Below, one piece after another: positions 1 to 12,511 of a DNA stretch of 64,000 nt. Positions within the stretch are counted from its first letter, which is position 1; every line of letters starts with the position of its first letter. The stretch comes from Octopus vulgaris (Eukaryota). The notes below the pieces were generated by a model. It made no database searches, was not told the DNA's origin, and saw only the letters and a list, made by a program, of their open reading frames with translations. The translations under genes were made by a program, and so were the position numbers. The stretch is from contig OX597820.1 of assembly GCA_951406725.2 (NCBI GenBank), positions 22,692,001 through 22,756,000 on the forward strand, read 5' to 3'.

Positions 1-913
1 TCTCAAAGCTACAGGATAATGCATGGTTAATTCTAAACAATGTGAGTAAATAAGCATTACATTTGATAGAACAATCTGAATGCTAAAAGGGTGAAGCATT
101 CTCTCTTCAGTACAACCATTTATGTGAATGTTGCTGATGCTAATGTTGATGATGACTACGGACAATATAGTAATAAGACCAATGCACGAAGGATAAAGTT
201 ATCTCCGGCTTTTAGGTCGCATAGAATCTATCATCATGCTCTTGGTGTGACTGGAGATATTGACAACCTTTTCATGGTTATATTTCTAATGAAGTAGACT
301 AGGTATTTAATTCATCTTAGAAATAATGAAGAATTTTGGTGGGTAAGAAAACTAAATTCATCATAGTCAAATTTGAGTTCAGAACATAACAATTAGAGTG
401 GAATGCTTTCATTCAAGTATTAACCCTTTCAGACCTGGGCCCATGTCTGACTTTCCCCTCCATCTGGGCTCCCAAGCAAAAAAAAACAAATAGTTGCAAA
501 TTCAGCTAAAGGGTAACAATTGCAGGTAAACAAATGGACAGAATCAGCTGAATCTGTGTTTTCTACATCTGATGTGCACTACTGCATGTTACCGGGCATC
601 TAGCAGAGATGACATTTAACCTATTTCTGCTTTAACAAGAATATGGGGCAACAGGGGGTAACAACATTTTTTTGTTGCTCTTTTTGGCTTTTATCACAGA
701 CCCACAAGTGGTCTCAGGCAAGTTGGCAACACAATGGTCCACTGACTGATCTAACTGATGTTTGATGTCATCACATAAAAAAGATATAACAGATATATTG
801 AGACTATAACTACTTTGGTCATTGATCTTCAGATGTTAAAAATCTTTCTAACACTTAGTATTTTAGTCACTGTAATCTTAGTGATCAAGAGATCGTTATC
901 ACTAGTCCAAAAA

Positions 914-1265
914 GTGGCTGTGTGGTAACAAGTTTGTTTCCCAACCACATAGTTCTGGGTTCAGTCTCACTGTGTGGCACCTTGGACAAGTGTCTTTTAT
1001 AGTCCCAGACCAACAAAAGCCTTGTGACTGGATTTGATAGACAGAAGCTGAAAAGAAGCCTGTCATGTGTGTGTGTTGTGTTTGTGCCTTTGTTCTACCA
1101 TCACAGCTTGACAACCGGTGTCGGTGTGTTTACATCCCTGGAACCCAGTGGTTTGATGAAAGAGACTGATGGAATAAGTACCAGGCTTACAAAATAACAA
1201 ATACTGGAGTCAATCCGAGTGTCCCAGCATGACTGCAGTCAAATGAATGAAACAAATAAAAGAAG
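914..1265 (+). mobile_element. tRNA-derived SINE family A, full length
   Basis: Box A/B-like head (gtggctgtgtggtaa...gggttcagtc), ccttggacaagtgtc core, internal (TG)n and tail cagtcaaatgaatgaaac. Many copies in the window. Confidence 0.85.
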
Positions 1266-1406
1266 ATTAAAACTAATCAAAAAAAAAAAAAAAGGGAAGC
1301 ATCTCGCGTTTCCAGTCCAGATTATATTGGGTAACACAAACAACAGCATTTAAAAAAATAAATAATGAATAAAAATAAAATAAAATAAAGTTTAATTTAA
1401 ACTCAC

Positions 1407-1582
1407 CTGTGGAAGCTATCTACCATTTTTAGCTGACCACGTAAATCTTTTTTCGTCAAATGATCTAGCATCCGTGCATCCACTAGGCATTCCATAAACG
1501 TGCTCCTGTACTGTGGCAGACCCAGACTTGGCAACCATTCATTGCCTATCCATTCATGGTTCATATCACCAAATGCCAAAGG
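1407..1582 (-). CDS. PPFIA1: Liprin-alpha exon, SAM2: [58 protein letters not shown](R)
   Basis: Diagnostic SAM2 sequence, not in the ORF track. Acceptor ccttattaaag and donor AG|gtgagt; 176 nt, phase 0 to 2. Confidence 0.97.
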
Positions 1583-2064
1583 CTTTAATAAGGTTTAATG
1601 AAAAAGAAGTTTTGTGTTATTTTAGCAGAGAATCATGATTTTTGAGACATCTTTCAAAACAACAGAATCATATAAGTAAAATATATATATACATATATTA
1701 GCATGTCAACTAATAGGATGAATTCACTCACTCATACACATAATTGTTTCAAACATAAAAACATACTTGTTGACTTCTGAAGAACGAGACTTAAATTTTG
1801 TAGAAATAACAGCCTACCATCTTAAGAAAAAGGAAGGACAGATTAGATAATATCATCTCCAAATCATGGCTGGAGTGCTTTTGATCACAGCTTGGTACGA
1901 TCAGAGTTGACTTGAGGTAAAACAATAATCTTTGAGAAGTTCCATACAATCTAGATTCATTTTGAACACACACACACACAAACATGTCAGTAATAACGGA
2001 ATGGAGAGAAGAAAAAAACGAAAGAAAGAACCTGTAAAAGCAAACCAACTTGTTTTTAATTTCA

Positions 2065-2295
<231 letters not shown>

Positions 2296-2921
2296 TTATT
2301 TAAATTATACAGAGACTTACAGATTACAGAAGAATTATTAATTTTTAAAATTAAATTAAAATTTTTTTTTTTCATATTATTCCAAGATTACTACATTTCT
2401 GAAATAGTTTAACAAACTAAACACACCAAATATACCTGAAGATTTTTAACTGAAGGTCTAATTACGAACAGTTAAGTGATTTTGTTTGACAATTAACAGC
2501 TATTTTCAGCCCCGTTTCAGTTATTGGGTTACCTCACTACTCAATTATCTCACTTAAACTGATGAATTTTGAAGAATTATATTTCAGCAGGAGATAATAA
2601 TACAGGAAATGTAATTAACTAAAGTTCTTGATTGCTGAAAGAACAGGAAGGATACTTCGGTAAATCCTTGTTATGCATTCTAGAGAACCTAATAAACAAT
2701 AACTCTAAAGGTTATCAAGTTACTAAACAGAGTCAGCCAGTGAGAATAAGCTAACTAAATACCTTTATCATAGAGCAATAATTAGGGTTTGGTTAGGAAT
2801 TTATTAGCATTAAGTTAAATATTAAAATTCTTGATGAAGTTTAAAAGCTAAAAATAAATACAGATTTCATGTTTTGGTTCCTTTTCTTTATTCCTCTCCT
2901 TTTTGTTGGATTACTGATAAT

Positions 2922-3121
2922 CTCTTTTACTCTTACTTGTTTCAGTCATTTGACTGCATCCATGCTGCAGCACCGCTTTTTAGTCGAGGAAATTGACCCC
3001 AGGACGTATTCTTTGGAAGCTTAGTACTTATTCTATCGGTGTCTTTTGCCGAACTGCTAAGTTATAGGGACGTAAACACACCACCAAGCAATGTTGGGGG
3101 GACAAACACAGACATACAAAC

Positions 3122-3156
<35 letters not shown>

Positions 3157-3312
3157 CATATATACGACAGGCTTCTTTCAGTTTCCATTTACCAAATCCA
3201 CTCACAAAGCTTTGGTTGGCCCGAGGCTATAGTAGAAGACACTTGCCCAAGGTGCCATGCAGTGGGAATGAACCCAGAACCATGTGGTTGGTTGAAAAAT
3301 TTTTCACACAGT
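2922..3312 (-). mobile_element. SINE family A
   Basis: Reverse complement of the 914-1265 family, with internal (CA)n(TA)n. Confidence 0.85.
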
Positions 3313-4157
3313 CAATACTTTTTTTTTCCATTTCAAACAAACATACCCAGTCCAAATATTCTATCTATTTTATGTTCAATCTGACCAGATCCAGCCACTA
3401 ACTCCCACCCTATAATGTCATTCTAAATCATATCAACATCTCGAAGCGATGAGATAATGCATAACTAATTCAAAACAATGTGAGTAAACAAACATTACAT
3501 TTGAGAATAACCTGGATGCTAAAGGGTTACAGAAAAATAAAAGAGTGTACTTTTATGATATGCAGTATTAACTTACACCTGGAGGCTGAGTTTCTGATCT
3601 GGGTTTTAAAAATAGTGAAAGAAGCTTTCTCTCCCAAAGATATATTCATACACACACACATTGATATGATACATTCTGGCATCTGTTCCTTTCTGGTCCC
3701 ATTCTACCCACTGCCACCCATGTGTGTGCGGTAGCCATGTACCTCTTCTACAACAGCAAAGCTATTCCTGTCTCTCCTATCATACTTTAATCTCAAAATA
3801 CTTTGAACAAATCCCTGTCGCTCTCAGTCAAGCAGGTTCTTTAGTCTTGTGAGTTACAAAGCAACCTCACTAATGGTGTTGAGGGGAGGGGAGAGAGCAT
3901 CCAGTATATTCTGTAAATTAGTTAGCATTAGAAGGGTATCTAGCCATAGAAACTATGCTAAAACTGAGACACTGGAGTAAGATGTGGTACTCTGAGTATT
4001 GGATCTTGTCAAAAAATCCAACCCATGCCAGCATGGAAAGCAGAGAGGAATGATGATGATGATGGATAAATATTATTATTTGTGGGTTAACAAGGCTTCC
4101 ATTTCTCAACAATTGCTGAGAAATCTCAAAGCATGAAACCATTAGTAGCTTTGTTAA

Positions 4158-4415
4158 CCCTTTAGCATTCAGATTATTCTGTCAAACATAATGCTTATTT
4201 ATTCAAATTGGTTTGCGTTAATCCTGCGTTATGTTGCTGCTTCTAGATTTCAATAATGTACCTATGCCAGGATGGAAGGCAGATGTTAAACGATGACAAT
4301 AGTATATTTTTAGAATGATATGGTATGATAAATGTGAGAGGCTAAATCCAGTCAGTTTCAACATAAAAGATGTAGAATATTTAGGCCTGATATGGCTGGT
4401 TTAAATGCTAAAGGG
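4158..4415. mobile_element. piggyBac-type MITE, family 1
   Basis: TTAA|CCCTTTAGCATT...AATGCTAAAGGG|TTAA. Second copy at 41821-42048; reverse partial copies at 1-90 and about 3330-3527. Confidence 0.85.
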
Positions 4416-4565
4416 TTAACCTACAGGTGTGTGTGTGTGTGCATATATATATCAGCCACAATACCATCATCATTGAACATCTGCCTGCCATGCTGATGCG
4501 CGCACGCACACACACAGAGTTGTGACAGTAACAATGAATACATTTCTCACAACTGCTGTACCCAC

Positions 4566-4647
4566 CTCAAGCCAAGCGACTACTGTCGGACCATTCCACA
4601 ATGCAAATGGCGTGCCAGCTTTCATTGCTTCTTCCAATAATTCATGC
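4566..4647 (-). CDS. PPFIA1: Liprin-alpha exon, start of SAM1: [27 protein letters not shown]
   Basis: Close match to the liprin-alpha SAM1 N-terminus. Acceptor tttttcag and donor GAG|gtgggt; 82 nt, phase 2 to 0. Confidence 0.97.
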
Positions 4648-5095
4648 CTGAAAAACAAACAGATAAAATTCATGTGAAACTCAAAAGACAATAATAAATA
4701 TACAGGAAAAGTAACACCTGATACCCTGACTGGACATTATTATTCTAAAAATATTTTATGTACACAAATACACATATCGAAATTATTTTATCAAATTCTT
4801 AATAACATTAAGTAAAATTCTTCAAGACACCAACAATATAAGACATAAATGATTATACAAAAGATTGTTGATGAGTTCTGTAAATGGTCAGTTCCAGAGC
4901 TGCTCTGGGAGTTCTGGTTAACCTATAGACCATTTCATTTCAATGAAACTGTTGAAGAATTGAAGCAAACCCAGAGCAAAGTGGGTATGTCATTGACGAA
5001 GCTATGAGTGGTGACAAAAGAACATTGACAAACCTAGCTGACAGATTTATTGTCGTAACAATTAATTAAACTATTGATTAGTTAATTGGTTAAAT

Positions 5096-5365
5096 CAGTG
5101 GTTTTCAACTGAGGTCCATATGACCTTTGGGGGTTCACATAAGATTTTGTTGCTAAAATTTATGTGCAATAAACTGGTTATACTTCTACAATATACAAAA
5201 TATTTTAAGAATTTTTTTAATACAATTCTTGAAAATGCTTAATTATAAAAATATAATATGAGTTTTTTTTTTTTTGTAAAAACATCAAACAGCTAGGGGG
5301 GAGGTCTAGAAGAGTAAAATAGGAACTTAAGGAGTCCATAGGTAAAAAATGGTTGAGAACCCTGG
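5096..5365. mobile_element. hAT (Charlie/MER5-like termini) MITE
   Basis: CAGTGGTTTTCAAC...GTTGAGAACCCTG termini with 8-bp TSD GGTTAAAT. Reverse relative at 38756-38999. Confidence 0.75.
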
Positions 5366-5605
5366 GGTTAAATAATAAACCAAGTGACAAATAAATGATA
5401 AAGAAGTGAAACAGAACCAGTGCATGAGTTTATTATTGGCATAAAGACCTTCCTAATATGCAACAAAATACATTTCAATGCAATATGCTAAAGGGTAATG
5501 CACTTGGAAAAAGAATGGTGGTCATATCATCCCATCTTCACAGCCTCATAAATCTGAAGGCCTGATCCCTAATAAAAAAAAAGTTGGAGAAACAAATAAA
5601 CTTAC

Positions 5606-5699
5606 TTCTTTTTCTTTCTTCTATCAAATTCAGATTGCCCTAAGCCCAACGCAAGTGTATCTGATGAACCTGCTTCCAAACCATCTCCATATTGGCCAC
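5606..5699 (-). CDS. PPFIA1: Liprin-alpha exon: (G)GQYGDGLEAGSSDTLALGLGQSEFDRRKKK(K)
   Basis: Acceptor ctcttttccag and donor AA|gtaagt; 94 nt, phase 1 to 2, matching both neighbours. The DRR.KKK motif precedes HELLEEA. Confidence 0.93.
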
Positions 5700-5874
5700 C
5701 TGGAAAAGAGATCAAATAGATTCAAAATCTGTTCAGCACATGCAGATCTTGTTACAAAATGCAGGAAAACAATTTTAAGGATTAACCCTTTTGTTACCAC
5801 ATTTCTCTTGAAATACACCCATTTCCTTTTCAATAAATTTTGAAAATAATGAAGAGCATAATCGTCATCATTAA

Positions 5875-6094
5875 CCCTTTCGTTACTGCATTTATTTTGA
5901 GATGCTCTGTGTTTCTTTCAATTACTTGAAATATAACAAAGAATTTAGTAAAATAACTTAGTTAACATTAAGCTAGTGTTAGGAATATAAATTGTGACTA
6001 AGGTTTGGTGGAAGATTTTAATTTGATACTTATGAAAACAAAGCATTTGTACTCAGACCCAGAGATGGTTTCAGCTGGGTTGGTAATGAAAGGG
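5875..6094. mobile_element. piggyBac-type MITE, family 2, nested in an older relative (5786 to about 6222)
   Basis: TTAA|CCCTTTCGTTAC...GTAATGAAAGGG|TTAA. Confidence 0.85.
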
Positions 6095-7450
6095 TTAAGC
6101 TGATGTTTGGAATATAAATTAACATGAAATTTTAAGGGGAAGTTTTAATTCAGACCACTTTAAAGCAAAAAGTTTGTACCATAGAACCAAGGAAGATCTG
6201 AGATAGGTTGGTACCAAAAAGGTGTGTCTATGTCACCTTATTTGGTGTCATATAGTATACACATTTTTGCAAAAAAAAACTTTTAAAAAAAACTCAAGGT
6301 CCTACATGTGAAGTTGCTTTAAAAGTTATATACTTTAATGAAGTAAAAACTTCAAAAACATTTTTTCCCCCTCAATATATACAGCTGAAATTGGAGAGTC
6401 TTATACGTGCATCTTTTAAACCATCAAATAAGGAAATTAATTTCTGGGAAAGAAGTGGTGATGATAGATCTCAGGATGTTGAGCAACACAAATGAGATGA
6501 AGCAGTCTTGGGAAACATAGTGATGATATATGCCAAAGTGATGCTGAGGAGTCAACAGGCAGCACAGATAAAGAAGTCGAAACACATGCACACACTTTAA
6601 AATTACTTTTACTAACGAAAAAAAGGGACACCCTCTCAAACACACACACACAAACATAGAAACACAGAGAGAATTTTCTTTTGGTTTCTGTCAGCCAAAT
6701 TTACTCACAAGGCTTTGGTTGGTCCAGGGCTATAAAAGACACTTGTCCAAGGTGCCATGCAGTGGAACTGAGCCCAAAAACCAAGTGGCAAGGAAGCTAA
6801 CTTCTAAACAACATAGCCTTCCCTACATCTATACAAATGAAAATTCTTCACTACTGACATCTTCTTTCCAGGCTTGCAAGGATCAGACAGAATTTACTGA
6901 GGCAGATTTTCTATGGCCAGATCAAAGCTCATCCTGTCACCAACACTCACCTGTTTCCAAGCAAGGTAATATTTCCCTATGGCCAGATGTATCTTCACAG
7001 AATATTAGAAATGAACGACTATGCTTGTATGACAATAACTCTCGTTTACAACTATCACACGATGTCAAAACAAAGAGATACGAAAATTCAGACTAACTCT
7101 CTCACACACACACACACACACACCTAAATATATGATGGGTTTCTTTCAGCTTCCATCTACCAAATCCACTCACAAGGCTTAGGTTAGAAGATATTTGCTC
7201 AAGTTGCCATACAGTGGGATTGAACCTAAATCCATTTGGTTGGGAAGTAACCTTCTTTAACCACACAGTCACGCCTGCACTTATATTTTTTACGGACATA
7301 TCAAATAAAATCAAAAATAATGATGCACAAAGTAACAGAAACACTTAATAAAAGGAGCTGTCTTTAAACAAATACATAAGAAAATTGTAACTCAAAATAA
7401 TTCCTTATAAATTAATATGGAGATGGGGAAATGGTGGCATTAATACATAC

Positions 7451-7635
7451 CAGTGGCCATATTTTCACCTCTAATCATTGCATCTTTGGTCTTCTGTTTT
7501 TCTTTTTTACTGAAAAGTCTGCCTATGGAACTTTTTATACCACGTTTCTTTTGGTGTTTGTGCAAGGAGTCTTGGCTGCTATTGGCACTGCTTAGAGGAC
7601 TTGGGGAGCTATGCGCACTGTCTATCATTACGGCC
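7451..7635 (-). CDS. PPFIA1: Liprin-alpha exon: AVMIDSAHSSPSPLSSANSSQDSLHKHQKKRGIKSSIGRLFSKKEK...ENMAT(G)
   Basis: Conserved SSNSSQDSLHK..KK.GIKSSIGRLF.KKEK motif. Acceptor ttttcag and donor G|gtatgt; 185 nt, phase 2 to 1. Confidence 0.96.
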
Positions 7636-8523
7636 CTGAAAACAGAAAAGGTTGAAAATGATAATATTATGATAAAAACCAGAAAAAAAAAAAAAAAAAA
7701 ATTAAAATTTCAACAATTATAAATTTGCCCCAGATCTATTTGGGACCAAATGATGAACTGAGAGTGCCTCTATGCAGTCATTTGACCCACAAGAAAGGGC
7801 ATCCAAATCTCTTCAATATTATATCATACCATCTTTTCTATGTTTGTACGAGGATCGATTTGACGAAATGTGTTCAAGGCCGACTGTTTTTGACTGGTTG
7901 CTCTTCTTATTGCCAACCCTGACCTATTTCCTTTTAGCCTTGACATGCTTTACTTTTTTACTCTTTTACTTGTTTCAGTCATTTCACTGCAGCCATGCTG
8001 GAGCACTGCTTTTAGTCAAGCAAATCGACCCCAGGACTTATTCTTTGTAAGGTCTGTCCTAAGTGTATATTGTTTTTATTTCCCAAAAAATTTGGAGTAG
8101 GTGATATTGGAGTTATCTCCCTTGCTTTCCTAACAGCAGAGTTAATTTCCTAACTCCCAGAGGCTTTCCTTATTGCAGAGCTATTATTAGTAAATCAAAG
8201 TTTTTCAATACACCATATTAGATATATATGTGACTTTATGTGTATTTAACAAGCAAAATGCTCCTCTAAAGCATTATTCCTCAGCCCTACTATTCCGGCA
8301 CAAGTCCCATTAGTAGAATTCACTTAAAGCTTTCCTTAACTTGATGCTATTTTAGAAGGTGCTTGCAGTGAGATTGAACTCATAACCAAGTAGTTGCAAG
8401 GTGAACTGTTTAACCACATGGGCCTGCAGCTACACTCTTTTATTGGTTCCAGGCATCTGACTGGGGCACCACCTTCATGGGATTTAATGAATCTCATCAA
8501 CCCCTGCTATTTATTTTCAACCT

Positions 8524-8746
8524 CTTTTACTCTTCTATTTTTCAGTCCTTTGACTGCGGCCATGCTGGAGCACCGCCTTTAGCAGAGCAAATCAACTCCA
8601 GGAGTTATTCAGTGTAAGCCTAGTACTTATTCTATCGGTCTCTTTTGCCAAACCGCTAAGTTACAGGGACGTAAACACACCACCATCGGTTGCCAGACGA
8701 TGTTGGGGGCAGGGAGAACAAACAGACACACAAACACACACACACA

Positions 8747-8794
<48 letters not shown>

Positions 8795-8970
8795 CATACA
8801 TACATACATATATACGATGGGTTTCCTTCAGTTTCTGTCTACCAAATCCACTCACAAGGCTTTGGTCGGCCTGAGGCTATAGTAGAAGAGACTTGCCGGA
8901 GGTACCTCGCAGTGGGAATGAACCTGGAACCATGTGGTTGGGAAGCAAGCTACTTACCACACAGCCACTC
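8524..8970 (-). mobile_element. SINE family A with expanded (TA)n
   Basis: Same family; (TA)n at about 8750-8790. Confidence 0.85.
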
Positions 8971-9261
8971 AGTACAGCAATCAATATAATAGACATTCAC
9001 AGGTATTGATTACTCCAGGACCAAGACAGAAGGAATATGCATCCCCCAAAACGTGTCACACAGTTGGAACCAAACTGAAAGCCATGTGGTTGCAAAATGA
9101 ACTTCTTAAGTACAGGTTAATGATGAGGACACCTAAGTAAGGACTAAATAGTAGAGGACAGCAAATGTTTCAACATGGAATGGGGAAAAAAAGATTACTC
9201 AACATAAAAAAAATTGCATGATCAGAATGGCAGGTAGATAATTCCAAACCAATATAATAGT

Positions 9262-9603
9262 TGCTGAGACCCAGTTCGGTCATGACTGACCATGGAATCG
9301 CACCTAGAAAGTTACCATCCCAGGCACAAGTCCGGGCAAGGTTGTTTATGGAAAACCAGCAGTCGCCCATGCATACCGGCCATCCCTCTCCATGCCACCA
9401 GTGTTATCCAAGGGAAAGGCAAAGGGGCCGATACAGCTTGGCACCTGTGACGTCGCAACTCATTTCTACAGCTGAGTGAACTGGAGCAACATGAAATAAT
9501 GTGTCTTGCTCAAGAACACAACACACAGCCCGGTCCAGGATTCAAACTCACAATCTCACGATCGTAAGCCTGATGCTCTAACCACTGAGCCATGTGCCTT
9601 CAC
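9262..9603 (-). mobile_element. tRNA-derived SINE family C
   Basis: Reverse complement of 48132-48472 (ggctcagtggttagagcatcag...cttgagcaagacac...). Confidence 0.82.
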
Positions 9604-9919
9604 TAATACAATAGTAGTAATGGCTTAAACCTCAACTCACCTCCTCAACTTATTTGACATCTCTGAAGAGATTCTGTAATGAAATGAAAACATTGTGTTA
9701 AAACATGGAAAGTTTAAGGAACTTAACTTGGTTTTCAGTTTTTCCATAAAATGTGAAATATAATGTTAATGCAAAATTTTTAAAAAAAATTATAAAAAAG
9801 CAAAATACTGAATGCCAGATTATTTCAAAATTACATTCTTAATTTCTGTAATTTTATGCTGAGAAATAAGCGTACATGCACGCACATTCATACAGACACA
9901 CACGTGCACATACAGGTAG

Positions 9920-9953
<34 letters not shown>

Positions 9954-10131
9954 CCAAAGGTACAAATACATGCAAGCATTTTTAAGTTATAAAGCAACAA
10001 TATGAAGTCAACGATCATGGCAAATGTTATAAAATGGTAACTATGCATATAGTTACTGGTCTGTTAAAAGCAAAACATAAAAAAAAAAGAAGTAAAGAGA
10101 TAGAGATAACTAGAGAGAAAGAGTAAGAAGA

Positions 10132-10181
10132 CCGACAGACAGATAGATAGATAGATAGACGGATAGATAGATAGATAGACG

Positions 10182-10212
<31 letters not shown>

Positions 10213-10348
10213 TGATAGACGGATAGATAGATAGATTGATAGACGGATAGATAGATAGATTGATAAACGGATAGATAGATAGATTGATAGACGGATAGAT
10301 AGATAGATTGATAGACGGATAGATAGATAGATTGATAGATAGATAGAC

Positions 10349-10435
<87 letters not shown>

Positions 10436-10449
10436 TAGACGGATAGACG

Positions 10450-10520
<71 letters not shown>

Positions 10521-10530
10521 AAAGAAAGAG
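10132..10530. repeat. (GATA)n tetranucleotide array with an internal 24-bp higher-order repeat, ending in (GA)n
   Basis: Read directly from the sequence. Confidence 0.97.
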
Positions 10531-11747
10531 AAATATTAATCACACCATTCAAAAATCATACATAGACTTTAAAATGTCTTCACCAAAGGGTGAAAATTGG
10601 TTGTCTTAAAGTAAAACATTAGATGTGACTTATCTAAAACAAGCAAAAGCAGGAAATGGTGACAGCTACAAAACATGAATTTTTTTTTGTTAGTTAAAAT
10701 CATGGAAAAAGTTGGTTTTTTTTTTCAATTAAGAAGTATTAATTTTTTTTTAAAAAAGAAATTCAAACAAAATAATTAAATACTCCTAAATTATATTAAA
10801 CAATTCAAACAAATTTAAACTACAGCTCATAATGATTATAGTTAACTAATTCAATACCACCTCTTCTACTATGTAACCAAAACTGCCCAAAATTGTTCGA
10901 TGCTTTCTCATAGGTAAAGCTTTCCTATATAATATGCACAAATGTAATTGCTTTCTCAAATAAATTGCACTTCATTTTTTGAGACTACAATGAAACCATA
11001 AGGTGTTACTCAGGTACTCAATGAGTCACTGCATTTTACAACAGCAACACCTGACTATCAGGACAATTGTTTATTTCTAAGAAAAATTTTAGCAAGATTA
11101 CTACATATTTGCTAACAAGAGATTCAAGGAAGAGATGGTTTCGCCATAGTTTTACATAATCTCTTTTATTCTAAACACCAGTTTTATATGGCTGTAAAAC
11201 TGATAAAAGACAAACAAAAAATACAAACTATAGTTATTTTACAAAGTCCCACTCTAAACTCTTTATTATTTTTTTTAACAATTAATTGAAATACATAACC
11301 ATCATATATATATTTCTGCTGAGAAATATAATCACAAAAAGGTTAAACAGAAGTCAATTCTGTTGAAATTGGATATTATAGTCAATTTCAAATACTATCA
11401 TAACTGATATTATACCACATCAATTAAGGAAACCTTTAAGTGATCATTCAATCTGTTAAAAATAGTAGCCATATCTCCCTCATATTGCACTAATGTTTTA
11501 CAAAAAGGGGAAGAATATTTTAGCTTATAAAAAACGTTTTTACTTCAGACTAACAAAATTATGTATCATTTATTTAAATATGTTTGGAGATTTTTCAGTT
11601 ATTTTGACTCAACCCATGACAATTAGAAAGGACAGAATAACAGAGTAATAAGTCTCTTTGAGAAGTTTCTCTGAAACAAAACATTAAAGCTGGTGCCATC
11701 CAATGTTAATATCAGCATTATAAACATTATATAAATTGTTATTTTAA

Positions 11748-11954
11748 CCCTTTTACAGAGGAAATCAGGTATATCCACTCCAAATATCAATACCTTTAAC
11801 AGCAGAAAGCAGTTTTATATACCAATCTATATTCTTGTTGAAGAATGTCAAGTTTATTGAAGCAACATGACAAGAAGAAAATACTAATTCTATTTTGTGG
11901 TAGATATTTAAGATTACTGGAATAACCACAAAATTTAATTTTGAAGTTACAGGA
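11748..11954. mobile_element. Degenerate TTAA-flanked MITE, family 3
   Basis: TTAA|CCCTTTT start; homologous to about 55015-55231. Confidence 0.6.
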
Positions 11955-12472
11955 TTAACCTAATGCTGTTTCTAGTGTGTTTATTAATTTAATTCTAGCT
12001 TGACCAGCTTTTGCATGAATCAGTAAATAGAGCAATCATTTTCTAAACTGCCTCCACTGCTATTTAAAATCATGCTAATTATTGAATTAATTTCTATTAT
12101 TTAATTAAGTCCATGGCATCATTTATTAATTTTTCTTTTTTTTTAATAAAAAATATTGTTTAAATAAGAAAATCTCACAAAATAACAGTCAAAGATTAGA
12201 AAAAAAGTCAATGTAGTTCTTCCACATGATGAGCGTGCAAATAACTTTAAGAATAAATGCATTTTAACCACAGCTTTGATATGATCTTTCAGTATTTCAA
12301 AGATAGCATTTTTCTTGGTAAATTTCATGAAATAAAATCCAAAAATTGAGTAAAGAAAATGTTCTTTTAACAGGATATGACTGTAAACAAATATTTAATT
12401 ATTGTCTGTGGTAAACAAGTGGTGATTATTCTAGATGAAAATAGTCTCTAATCAAGCAAATAATTCTGTTAC

Positions 12473-12511
12473 CTGTTAAGTGAGACAGAAAAATCTAAAT
12501 TAATGTCTGCC
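12473..12511 (-). CDS. PPFIA1: Candidate alternative liprin-alpha mini-exon (R)ADINLDFSVSLN(R), 39 nt, or 42 nt with the upstream AAG
   Basis: Long poly-T tract, tandem AAG-CAG acceptor and donor CAG|gtaaca. Phase 2-2, exactly as this intron requires, with no stop. Confidence 0.6.

Noticed and set aside
3039-3401. ORFs with THTH/IYIY and CPRCH motifs (also at 8690, 24950, 42693 and 60878)
   Set aside because: They are chance frames through SINE family A copies, not genes.
10064-10552. 162-aa ORF (LSIY repeats)
   Set aside because: It is the translation of the (GATA)n microsatellite.
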